Below are positions 12,261 to 24,900 of a stretch of DNA of 64,000 bases, in pieces (position 1 is the stretch's first letter; the number at the start of each line of letters is the position of its first letter). The DNA is from Eledone cirrhosa (Eukaryota), in NCBI GenBank assembly GCA_964016885.1, contig OZ024741.1, forward strand, positions 159,464,001 to 159,528,000. The letters run 5' to 3'. A program made the translations under genes and the position numbers. The notes beneath the pieces are model-generated. The model searched no databases and was not told the DNA's origin. It worked only from the letters and a program-made list of their open reading frames with translations.

Positions 12261-12772
12261 CCACCAAATCAGCTTCCAAACCTTAGGGAACTTCAAGTTA
12301 TTTTATCTGGTGAAAGCTACACCAATTCTATGCTCTGACAGTGAATATTAAAATGTTTCACTCATGACCCATCTGAAACAACTAAACCAGTAACTGTCTT
12401 CACACCTTCCACACAACCGAAACCCATAACACAAAACTACCTCAAGTAGTTCAAACACAACTGCACTGCAGTAGTACAAGCAGAGAACACAGCCTGCAAT
12501 GCTTGGAAAAATATTACTGACCCTTTCTAACTAGGGTGGCTTTTACCAATGTCAGCTATTCCTGAAAGTTGACCATCCATAAAGTAAAGGATGCTTTCAT
12601 GAATTACACAGCTCTCTAACTCGCTAATTTATTACTGGTTCTTTTAGTCTCTAATCAACATTGTGGACTCTTCTACCCACCTCTCTTCAACCATGGTGTG
12701 TCTATAAGCAATACTCTCATGGAGAAAGATTCTACATTTGTTACCCACTTTACATTGTATACACTCTGCTAA

Positions 12773-13012
12773 CCCTTTTGATAACAACCTGTTTGAAACT
12801 ACCCTAGTTCTGTGATACAAAATTACCCAGTTTAAAGTGTTCTTCCTTTTATTAAATTTTATGTAAGAATTTTTTGTTAAGTAATGTTCCAAACATCAAC
12901 TTGATAATGAAAAAGTTATTTTACTATACCCCTCTAAATTATTTTCGATCTTTTCAAAAGTAATGGAAACACATAGACAGTATTATTCATTGGAAATATG
13001 GTAATGAAAAGG
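12773..13012. mobile_element. piggyBac-like MITE (degenerate)
   Basis: CTAA|CCCTTTTG...GAAAAGG|CTAA ends; inverted relative of the 38677-38901 element. Confidence 0.55.
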
Positions 13013-13414
13013 CTAAATTCCACCACAATTTTTTTTTTCTTCCACTTCATCAGGCCCTGATCATTGGTCCTGAGAATGTTGCTTCCAAGACCCCGAAACA
13101 ATGTGTCTTAGAGCGATAGTTTTTGTCCTCTCCAAACGCTATCTCTCTTGTGCTCTACAATGATTTATTCCAATCTTGGGGAAACAGGCCACAGTGTGTC
13201 TCCTTGAGGTCAACGTCTCTCTTCTTGTGTCAACAATTGGCCTATTGCTTTTACTTCCAACATCTCAAAGGGGGTGGAAACAGTTGCTAAACATTTTGTG
13301 TCTCTCTTCATAATGACCAATAGTAGAACTGTCATAGTCAGATTTACTGGGGATCTGCTCTCCATATCACTCATTAATCAGCCTTCACAGTTGAGATAAT
13401 TCACAGAAATGAAA

Positions 13415-13750
13415 ACTGAAAAGAAATAAAGTGAGCTTGCTTCAATGGATGTGCAATGTTACTGTGCATGAACGACAAATCATGGATGAACTGAGAGAAA
13501 AACTGAGTATAAAAGACATCAGATGTAGTGTGCAAGAGAGAAGACTAACTGGGTATGGACATGTGATCCATATAGATGATGATCATTGGGTGATGAAGTT
13601 CCAAAAAATCCCAGTGGAAGGAAACTGCAGTAGAGGAAGACCAAGGAAGACCTGGGCAGAAGTTGTAAGAGCTGATTTCAAATCCCTGAAGCTTGCAGAG
13701 ATGGGGAAGGAATGCAATGAAAAAGCAGATGTAAAATGATGACTATGATG
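13415..13750 (+). mobile_element. RTE LINE 3' fragment
   Basis: ORF 13431-13739 (ERRLTGYGHV...RGRPRKTW) and an ATG-repeat tail. Confidence 0.8.
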
Positions 13751-14797
13751 AAAGCTAATGCTATTTATTTTAGTAAAGAATTTGACTTTTTTTGGCATAA
13801 TAATGTCCTATTTAAGCTTCTTGCCAATTGTCTTCATCTTTCATTTGTCTCTTTGGTTAGAAGCTTCTTGTCTGATCACGGTGTGCAATGATGGAGCTAT
13901 CTCTGACCAACAACCTGTCCACTTTGGTGTATTCAAGATTCAGTTAAATCTCTCACATTTTTCCTGTGTTGACTTCTTTCTCTTCCCGCACAGTATCCAG
14001 TTGTAGAAACCATGCCAAAAATGGAACTTACAAGTGAGAGGAAGCTTTGCAACCTAACCAGTTGCAAACCGTGAACTGTTTCTGGCTTGGTTTCTACGGC
14101 TGGATACCCTTCTTAACACCAACCATTAGGAAATAAAGAAATCGTTATAACACAGTTTTCAACTGAACTCCCAATGTATAGCTTATATTTTGTAGTACTA
14201 AAAAGACATACCTGCTTATGAAAACCTAGTCTTTTATTTGCTAATTATCTTAACTATGGTAATTATTATATTTCTTCTTTATGGTTGGAAACAGCTCTAT
14301 AGGTATAATTAATAATGTAAGTAAACATTTTATGTTCTGATTATTTTCTGCCTTATCATATTGCTCTATTACATCTTACAGATGACAAGCTGAGGCCATG
14401 CTGGGGTTATAAAATATAATTGTTGTTGTTTGTTTCCATAATATTATCATTTGAATATGTTCTGGAATACATTTTTTGCATCTAATATCCATTGAATTTT
14501 TATGGAACAACAAAATCAAGATGTTTTTATATCGATTCATTGATGCCTGTTTTACATATCTATAAATAATTATGTATGGACTCCTGATGGGGATCGGGAG
14601 GTAACCCCAGTTAAACATGATACTCAGTATGTTGGTATAGTATAGGCATTTTATATTTTATATAGAAATGACTTCTACAAGATTATTAATGGTTTTATTT
14701 GTATGAAATCATTAGTAATGTCCTGATGATTTTATACTAATGAAACACTTCTGGTCCGATAGAAATCATTTATATATATATATATATATATATATAT

Positions 14798-14852
<55 letters not shown>

Positions 14853-14853
<1 letters not shown>

Positions 14854-16375
14854 TAGTATTCTCAAATTGCTACAAAGGTAAAGGGGATGCTCTGGAGAGG
14901 AGCAATTATAGGGGTATAAAACTGATGGATCAGGTTATGAAAGTGGCAGAAAGGATATTAGCACAACTAATTAGAGAAAGGGTCAAACTAGATGAGATGC
15001 AGTTTAGTTTTGTGCCTGGGAAAAGTACAACAGATGCCCTCTTCTTGGTGAGACAATTACAAGAGAGGTTCTTAGAGAAGAATAAGCCACTATACTTAGC
15101 CTTTGTTGACCTAGAGAAGGCCTTTGATAGGGTACTCCGATCTGTCATCTGGTAGTCCCTAAGGAAATTAGGTGTTGAGGAATGGCTTGTGAGGACAGTG
15201 CAAACTTTGTACAGAGGTGCTGTCAGTAAAGTCAGGGTAGGAATGGAGTTTAGTGAGGAATTCCAGATACAAGTAGGAGTACATCAAGGTTCGGTCCTCA
15301 GCCCGCTCTTGTTCATTATAGTCCTCCAAGCCATAACAGAGGAGTTTAAGATTGGCTGTCCATGGGAACTTCTCTATGCTGACGATCTGGTTCTTATAGC
15401 AGAATCAGTAGAGGAGCTAGAGAATAAATTCTGGCTATGGAAACAGCAGTTGTAATCAAGAGGACTGAGAGTGAACCTAGCTAAGACAAAAGTGTTGATG
15501 AGTAGAAAAGAGGACAAAACTCTGATTCCATCAGGGAAATGGCCATGTTCGATATGCAGAAAAGGAACTGGCATAAATTCTATAAAATGCACACAATGCA
15601 GATCCTGGGTACACAAGAGATGTAGCGGGATAGCAGGCAAACTAACAGGTGGGGAGAAATACGTATGCAGTAGATGTACAGGGAAATTAGACAGTAGAAG
15701 TCACATTGATAGACACATTTTTCAAATGCAGGCGGGTGCTATAGAAGTGGTGGATAGCTTCCGGTACCTAGGAGATCAGATTAGCATGGGAGGAGGGTGT
15801 TCCGAGGCCATAGTATCTAGAATAAGGACGGGTTGAAAGAAGTTTAGGGAGCTGCTTCCTCTGCTGATGAAGAAGGGTTTCTCCCTGCGTACGAAAGGCC
15901 GGTTATATGATGCCTGTGTGAGGAGCGTGATGCTGCATGGTAGTGAGACATGGGCAGCAGCTGCAGAGGATATGCGACGCCTGGAGAGAAATGAAGCAAG
16001 CATGCTCCGTGGGATGTGCAATGTCAATGTGCGTGAACGACCCAGCATAAATGTGTTGAGAGAGAAACTGTGTCTGAGAGGGATAGAATGTAGTGTGCGA
16101 GAGAGGAGACTGAGGTGGTATGGACATGTGATGCGCATGGAGGATGACCGATGGGTGAAGAAGTGCCAGGAAATGCCAGTTGAAAGAAGACGTGGTAGAG
16201 GTAGACCATGAAAAACATGGGCGGAGGTGGTGAGAACAGACCTCAGATCATTGAAGCTCACGGTGGAGATGACGAAGGACCGTGACAAGTGGAGAGATGC
16301 TGTGCTGAATAAGACACGACCCGCCCTTGCAAGCAGGGAAAGACGTATGATGATGCTGATGATGATGATGATGGT
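14853..16375 (+). mobile_element. 5'-truncated RTE LINE (different subfamily, in-frame stops)
   Basis: Collinear RT/PHD/C-terminal ORF pieces 14925-16211; starts after a (TA)n run, ends in (ATG)n. Confidence 0.92.
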
Positions 16376-16731
16376 GGTGGTGGTGGCGGCGGCGATGATT
16401 GTGTGTGTATGTCAGTCTGTCTGTATTTCTTACTATATGTACATATGTATGTGTGTATGTCTGCGTGTGCGTCTATTTTTTCATGTAACATCGCAAGCAA
16501 TATATATATTCTGCATAAACAGTTAGATGTGCTAAGACCTTACTTGGAAAAAAAAAGGATGATGATGGTGTTTTATAGAAAGGGTTGGTTTTTTTTTATA
16601 CCAACCTGCTTGAAACTGCTCCTGGTTCTATGATATAAAACTATCTGTTTTAAAATGCTTCTACATATATCCAAGCCGTACTTACATAAGAAAACATGTC
16701 AATGATGATGATTTATTTATATATTTTGCAG

Positions 16732-16972
16732 GACTGGCAGGTATTCAGTGGAAGAAATATTTAGGCAAAAAGGCCCATGTGACAATAACAGACCGAAATA
16801 ACCTTGATTTATTAGAAGCAAACTGTTACCGAAACAGCCTGTTACCAAAAGAACTGTCAGTAGACTGTAGTAGATCCCCCGGTCTTCCTCTACCTCACCA
16901 ACTCATTGATGAAGTATTTGTGCAGCAAATCTCGGCAAATGTTATCATGCATCTGGAGGCATTTGATTTCAT
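16732..16972 (+). CDS. TRMT1L: TRMT1L exon: GLAGIQWKKYLG...ISANVIMHLEAFDF
   Basis: CAG/GTAAG boundaries in phase with neighbours; resembles GIMGLQWAKHL...DANVLMHLRSFDF. Confidence 0.92.
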
Positions 16973-17540
16973 GTAAGTTTTTATATTATATTGAAGACAC
17001 AGCCTAGTGGTCGGCGTGTTAGTTAGATATCTTGACTGAGTGGTGTGTTGTGGACTTCAGCAAGATGTTTCATTTCATTTCACATTGCAAATCATGATAG
17101 GACTAGATCCTCTATAATTAAAACACTTGAGAAACACACTTTGTAGGTCAGCAAAGCCTGCATAGATGTGAGCTGTAAAAAAAAAAAAATTGTACATCAC
17201 ATTGAGGTTTTTTTTCTGTTTTCCATCACTTAGTCAGGAGGAACGACAGTGGCCATGCCCTTCTTTAGGGCCTTCAGGACTGGTCGGAAGGAGGATGGCT
17301 AGGAGGGAAAACATCCTTAAACTGGAGGTTTGGCTTGAATGCTTGTAGCAGAGGACTCGACTAAAGGCATGCAAAGATAAGGTGTTTGTGTTAACCTGAG
17401 CAATGGATTAAGTCTACCACCTAAGTAATCAAAACACAAGAGCCAGGATCTCCGGTTTGAGGATATCATCTCCCTCTCTTTGGAAGCATTTGAAAGAGTC
17501 ATGGGCACTGCTCTTTTTAATTCAGTATTTTCATAAATTA

Positions 17541-18050
17541 TAAATGTAAACTTTCCTTTACACACCATATGTATTGATACCCATGGTATTTGTGTGCTGT
17601 ACCTAACAATGTAATCTTTCCTTTACACTCCAGATGTATTGATACCCATGGTAGTGGTGTGCTGTACCTAACAATGTAATCTTTCCTTTACACTCCAGAT
17701 GTATTGATACCCATGGTAGTGGTGTGCTGTACCTAACAATGTAATCTTTCCTTTACACTCCAGATGTATTGATACCCATGGTAGTGGTGTGCTGTACCTA
17801 ACAATGTAATCTTTCCTTTACACTCCAGATGTATTGATACCCATGGTAGTGGTGTGCTGTACCTAACAATGTAATCTTTCCTTTACACACCAGCTGTATT
17901 GATACCCATGGTAGTGGTGTGCTGTACCTAACAATGTAATCTTTCCTTTATACTCCAGATGTATTGATACCCATGCTAGTGATGTGATGTACCTATAAAT
18001 GTAATCTTTCCTTTATATTCCAGATATATTGATGCCCATGGTAGTTGTGT
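17541..18050 (+). repeat. 65-bp tandem repeat (8 copies) of the TRMT1L intron/exon junction
   Basis: CAG acceptors ending at 17633, 17698, 17763, 17828, 17893, 17958 and 18023; the first copy has CAT. Confidence 0.95.
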
Positions 18051-18236
18051 GTCATATCTCGATGCTGCCTTCACCAATATTCGAAACAATGGCCTGTTGT
18101 GTATTGTCTCGACTGATCTGTCTGCCTTATTTGCTAAAACAAGACATGTAGCAATGAGGAATTATGGAGCCAATGTTATAAAGAACGAGTATATGAAGGA
18201 AGCTGCTGTCAGAGTGGTGATTGGTGCTGCAGCACG
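18024..18236 (+). CDS. TRMT1L: TRMT1L exon: IYIDAHGSCVSYLDAAFTNIRNNG...VVIGAAAR
   Basis: Phase-consistent AG/GT boundaries; resembles [23 protein letters not shown]...STD...EYYKELAAR. Confidence 0.93.
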
Positions 18237-18274
18237 GTAAGGAGTTTTAATGCTTTTGATATCATCTTTTTCAA

Positions 18275-18604
18275 CCCTTTCATTTCCATGTGAAATACAC
18301 TGCCTATGATGTTCAATTAATTTTGAAAATAATGAAGAATTTGTAGTATTGATTAAAATAACTTACTTTCTCATTATTGATCTGGTGTTCGGAATGTAAC
18401 TTAACAAAGATTCTTATATAATATGATGGAATGTTTTTAGATGAATGTAAACACTTTAAAACATGTTTTATGTAAGAACATTTATGTTTTAAACCACCAA
18501 ACGACGAATAATGAGAAAGTTATTTTAATAAATTCTTGATTATTTTCAAGATTAATTGAACATCATTGATAGTATCTTTCATTAAAAATATACTAATGGA
18601 AGGG
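18275..18604. mobile_element. piggyBac-like MITE
   Basis: TCAA|CCCTTTCATT...AATGGAAGGG|TTAA terminal inverted repeats. Confidence 0.65.
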
Positions 18605-18669
18605 TTAAGCATGATACAATATTGTACTCACGTTTTCATAAATTCCCACCACCATCTTCATCACATCAC

Positions 18670-19216
18670 CTTCATGTCTTTCAGTAATTTCTTCTGGTTA
18701 TAACTTGAAGAGTTACCCCCCTTACAACTTTATTCTAGTGAATAGTGACATTTTATTTTGCAGACGTAAAGAGAAATATGAAATAAGATTAATTGTTTGA
18801 AGAACTGAATAGCACTTCATACATGTAAAAAAGGGTTGGATGAGTTTAACCTTTTCATTACAGTATTTCTAATGAAATACGCTCTTACATTGTATTTGAA
18901 TTAGTTATTGAAGAATTTGGGGGGATTTACTAAAGTTGATTATTTCATTATTAAGATGGTATTTGTAACATAATTTAACATAAATAAAATTATGATGAAA
19001 GGTTTAATTTGTTTTAATCTTCATGTCTTTCAGTAATTTCTTCTGGTTATAACTTGAAGAGTTACCCCCCCTTACAACTTTATTCTAGTGAATAGTGACA
19101 TTTTATTTTGCAGACGTAAAGAGAAATATGAAATAAGATTAATTGTTTGAAGAACTGAATAGCACTTCATACATGTAAAAAAGGGTTGGATGGGTTTAAC
19201 CTTTTTGTTACAGTAT
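18670..19216. repeat. ~195-bp near-perfect direct duplication (period 350 bp)
   Basis: 18670-18866 is almost identical to 19020-19216. Confidence 0.9.
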
Positions 19217-20183
19217 TTCGATTCCATTGCATGGCATCTTGGCCAAGTAATATTTACCATAGCCTTGGGTCGACCTATGCCTTGTGAGTTAAACTGGGTA
19301 TATGGAAACTGTTTGGAAGCCTGTCAGATGGAATGTATCTGTAGTTCAAATGGCCTACCTAGTCATACACAGTGTGTCGCTGAAACTCCATGAGAATTAC
19401 ATTAAGGGTATACGTGTCTGTGGAATGCTCAACCACTTTTTAATTTCATGAACCGACTGTTTCACTAGCTAAATTATTTCAGGGGAGGTAACTTTACTAA
19501 TACAACTTTGAACAAGTTTAAATTAATTTTAAACTTTCATTGCTGTTTTGTCATCAAGTTCACACTTGCCATCAGGAATATAGTTGCCCTAGAAATTGGT
19601 CCTTTAGAAACATGTAATCAACGATGTTATCTGTCCCCAAAACTTTATTTACATATTTCACATAACAAACAAGAAGAAAGAAAAAATTAAATATTGAAAA
19701 TATGGGGGAAGAGAGAAGGCAGGGCAGACCCTACAAGATGGCAAATGCATTGACAGAGAACAGCCAATGACACTCGCTGTATTAGCCGCTCCACCTCACA
19801 GGACTCCTTCCTCATGTGGGATTCACTCCTCCCAATGAGGAAAACGGTAGTACGAGGTCTGCAGAGATCACCAGAGGTCTTGACAGCAACCAGCACAAAA
19901 ATGAAGCTGCCAGTCATGTCCTGGTATTTGGTTATCATTGTCTTCTCTTACGAGCAGCATTGCCCGGGTTTGTGGCGGAAACGACAAGGCTGGAAGCAAG
20001 AGAAAATATTGCAGCTTGTGGCATCCCAGATTAGAGATTTATCTTCGTTTGATGGGAAAAGGATTATCTATCACCTTGGTTAAGGCTGGCAGGTTCCAAT
20101 TGTAATGGGACACTGACTGCATCAAAGCTCCTTTTGATGAAACCATTCAAGGAACCATTGATGCTTTTGTTTACAAACTGTTA

Positions 20184-20867
20184 TCTGTATATATATATAT
20201 ATAAAGCTGAAGTTTTCTGTGTGTGTGTGTGTGTGTGTGGACAATTTTTAATGAGGGCTCATATATTCTAAACCATTCATGCGATTTCTTTGACATTTTT
20301 TACATAGCTTCTCCTTGTACAAAACCTGTACATGATCTACAAAGGCTTTCAAAAATCGATATGGAGCCTTTGGAGACATTAAAAAAGTTTCGGTTATTTG
20401 TGTCAATTTTCGTGATTAAGACAAGAGTTATCTTTCATCAATACAATAGGAACTCATTTTTGAATGTTGTCAAAAATGTTGTTTTGGGATTTTGATTATT
20501 GCAATTTGGCTCATTCGGATTTCATGATACGCTTTTACTGTTGTCAAAAAAATTTATACCTAGACTGGATTTCTGTTGTTACATGGTATAACGGATGACA
20601 CCGAGCTCACATATTAATTATTTTGCTGGAATAGTGCCTAAGGTTTTCATGTTTACATAAAGTACGTTTTTCTTCTATGTATTCAAATTTACTTTGTTTA
20701 GTTTAATGAACTACATCGAAAGCTACTTGAACCGTCCAAAGGACGGGTACGTTTTCATGTTTACATAAAGTACGTTTTTCATCTATGTATTCAAATTTAC
20801 TTTGTTTAGTTTAATCAGCTACATCGAAAGCTATTTGAACCGTCCAAAAGACGGGTACTTTAGCTAG
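20184..20867 (+). mobile_element. Non-autonomous Helitron
   Basis: A|TC start with TA-rich head, CCGTC-CAAAA-GACGG hairpin then CTAG|T end, inserted between A and T without TSD. Confidence 0.8.
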
Positions 20868-21564
20868 TATATAATAAATAAATACTGAACTGTTTGAACC
20901 TCCCTAAAAAACAACAACAACAAGCCAAATCTCCATGAAGCTATACTTAGGAAGAATACATTGAATAATGTAGTGCCAGATATGTAAATACCTTCAAAAA
21001 GCAGAGTAGTCATTGTTGGAGCCCATCAAAGGTCTAATTAATTCTTAGTATTTTGCAAAGATTTAACAGAAAATGCCTGAAATGCAGGTTTGTTAATTCA
21101 AATGTTTATATTTGGGGATGGTTGCTTGTGATAAGATCCTCTGGAAGGAACGTCTGAGGACTCTGCCCCCATGATTCAATCAGGAATAAATGGATTATTT
21201 ACAAAATAACTGGTAGAAATATGGTAATGAAAAGGTAAAACAGACTCAAATTAATTTTTTTGCTACCATAAAACAATATTCCTAGATGAAATTTTTCAGC
21301 CAGAGGCCCCATTTAAGTTTAATTTGCCCCTACCATGACCAAATAGATTTTTAGTTGGTTAATTTACTAAATGCCTCCAAATTATTGGTTATTTTCAAAA
21401 TATAAGCAATGTCCATACTTCTACTTATATTTTTCAAAATATAAGTAGAATATGGTACCAAAAAGGTTAGAATAACAGCTTTATATTATAGAATCAGGGG
21501 CAGTTTCAATTGGTTTTTAATCAAAAGGGTTAAGGTCCTAATAATTTTATGTGTCTGATTTTAG

Positions 21565-21755
21565 ATCTGCAGCGAAATGCAGCAAAGGTATCCAGGTGAT
21601 GTTTGGTGTGTGCATTGAGCCCTTTGTGTTGGTTATAATCAAAGTGCAACGAGGTCCCTACTATGCAGACATGTGCTCTCTCAAAGTCCGTCCCCTAATA
21701 CACTGTCAGATGTGTGAAGAGAGAACATTTTGTCCTGAAATGAGGGCAAGTGTTG
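21565..21755 (+). CDS. TRMT1L: TRMT1L exon: SAAKCSKGIQVMF...RGP...LIHCQMCEER
   Basis: TAG/GTAAG boundaries; resembles AAARCNKGIEVLF...RGP...LIHCQWCEER. Confidence 0.93.
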
Positions 21756-21977
21756 GTAAGTGTTTTCAGTGTTTATTGTTGTTGAGGATTATGTGTATAT
21801 ATGCTTTTATGTGTGTATGTATGTATGTATGTATGTATATATGTATGTGTGTGTGAGGGTGTGTCTTCCTCTTCCTCAGCTTTCACCATTTCTGCCAAGG
21901 TCTTTCTTGGTTTTTCTCATCTGTAACGTTTTTCCATTTGGAGCTCCTGACTCTTTTTCACCCAAGTCATCCTCTTT

Positions 21978-24900
21978 ACACATTACATAACCGCACCAAC
22001 GCATTACATAACTGCACCAACACATTACATAACTGCACCAACACATTACATAACTGCACCAATGCATTACATAGCTGCACCAACACATTACATAACTGCA
22101 CCAACACATTACACAACTGCACCAGCACATTACATAACTGCACCAACGCATTACATAGCTGCACCAACACATTACAAAGCTGCACCAACACATTACATAG
22201 CTGCACCAACACATTACATAGTTGCACCGACACATTACATAGCTGCGCCAACACATTGCAAAACTGCGCCAACGCATTACATAACTGCGCCAACGCATTA
22301 CATAACTGCGCCAACGCATTACACAACTGCGCCAACACATTACATAGTTGCACCAACACATTACATAGTTGCACAAACACATAACTGCACCCACACATTA
22401 CATAGTTGCACCAACACATAACTGCACCAACACATTACATAGTTGCACCAACACATTACATAGTTGCACCAACACATTACATAGTTGCACCAACACATTA
22501 CATAGTTGCACCAACACATTACATAACTGCACCAGCACATTACATAGTTGCACCAACACATTACATAGTTGCACCAAAACATTACACAACTGCACCAACA
22601 TATTACATAGTTGCACCAACACATTACACATTTCTACCAACACATTACCTAACTGCACCAACACATTACATAACTGCACCAACACATTACATAACTGCAC
22701 CAACACATAACACATTTCTACCAACACATTACATATCTGCACCAACACATTACATAGCTGTACCAACACATTACATAGCTGTACCAACACATTACATAGC
22801 TGTACCAACACATTACATAGCTGTACCAACACATTACATAACTGCACCAACACATTACATAGCTGCACCAACACATTACATAGCTGCACCAACACATTAC
22901 ATAGCTGTACCAACACATTACATAGCTGTACCAACACATTACACATCTGTACCAACACATTACACATCTGTACCAACACATTACATATATGTCCCAACAC
23001 ATTACATAGCTGTACCAACACATTACATATATGTACCAACACATTACATATATGTACCAACACATTACATAGCTGTACCAACACATTACATATCTGCACC
23101 AACACATTACATAGCCGTACCAACACATTACATAGCTGTACCAACACATTACATAGTTGCACCAACACATTACATAGTTGCACAAACACATAACTGCACC
23201 CACACATTACATAGTTGCACCAACACATAACTGCACCAACACATTACATAGTTGCACCAACACATTACATAGTTGCACCAACACATTACATAGTTGCACC
23301 AACACATTACATAGTTGCACCAACACATTACATAACTGCACCAGCACATTACATAGTTGCACCAACACATTACATAGTTGCACCAAAACATTACACAACT
23401 GCACCAACATATTACATAGTTGCACCAACACATTACACATTTCTACCAACACATTACCTAACTGCACCAACACATTACATAACTGCACCAACACATTACA
23501 TAACTGCACCAACACATAACACATTTCTACTAACACATTACATATCTGCACCAACACATTACATAGCTGTACCAACACATTACATAGCTGTACCAACACA
23601 TTACATAGCTGTACCAACACATTACATAGCTGTACCAACACATTACATAACTGCACCAACACATTACATAGCTGCACCAACACATTACATAGCTGCACCA
23701 ACACATTACATAGCTGTACCAACACATTACATAGCTGTACCAACACATTACACATCTGTACCAACACATTACACATCTGTACCAACACATTACATATATG
23801 TCCCAACACATTACATAGCTGTACCAACACATTACATATCTGCACCAACACATTACATATATGTACCAACACATTACATATATGTACCAACACATTACAT
23901 AGCTGTACCAACACATTACATATCTGCACCAACACATTACATAGCCGTACCAACACATTACATAGCTGTACCAACACATTACATATCTGCACCAACACAT
24001 TACATATATGTACCAACACATTACATAGCTGTACCAACACATTACATAGCTGTACCAACACATTACATAGCTGTACCAACACATTACATAGCTGTACCAA
24101 CACATTACACATCTGTACCAACACATTACACATCTGTACCAACACATTACACATCTGTACCAACACATTACACATCTGTACCAACACATTATACATCTGT
24201 ACCAACACATTATACATCTGTACCAACACATTACACATCTGTACCAACACATTACACATCTGTACCAACACATTACACATCTGTACCAACACATTACATA
24301 TATGTACCAACACATTACATAGCTGTCCCAACACATTACATAGCTGTACCAACACATTACATAGCTGTACCAACACATTACATAGCTGTACCAACACATT
24401 ACATAGCTGTACCAACACATTACATAGCTGTACCAACACATTACATAACTGCACCAACACATTACATAGTTGCACCAACACATTACATAGTTGCACCAAC
24501 ACATTACATAGTTGCACCAACACATTACATAGTTGCACCAACACATTACATAGTTGCACCAACACATTACATAGTTGCACCAACACATTACATATCTGCA
24601 CCAACACATTACATAGTTGCACCAACACATTACATAGCTGTACCAACACATTACATAGTTGCACCAACACATTACATAGTTGCACCAACACATTACATAG
24701 TTGCACCAACACATTACATAGTTGCACCAACACATTACATAACTGCACCAACACATTACATAACTGCACCAACACATTACATAACTGCGCCAACACATTA
24801 CATAACTGCACCACCACCACATTGCATAACTGCACCACCACATTACATAACTGCACCAACCCATTACATAACTGCACCAACCCATTACATAACTGTACCA

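Noticed and set aside
14715-14765. CTGATGA...GAAAC...GTC hammerhead-like motif
   Set aside because: Stems I and II do not pair convincingly; at most a decayed relic.
17541-18050. CRISPR-like regular repeats (also the 21-bp and 27-bp arrays)
   Set aside because: Contiguous tandem units with no unique spacers, no cas genes, eukaryotic context.
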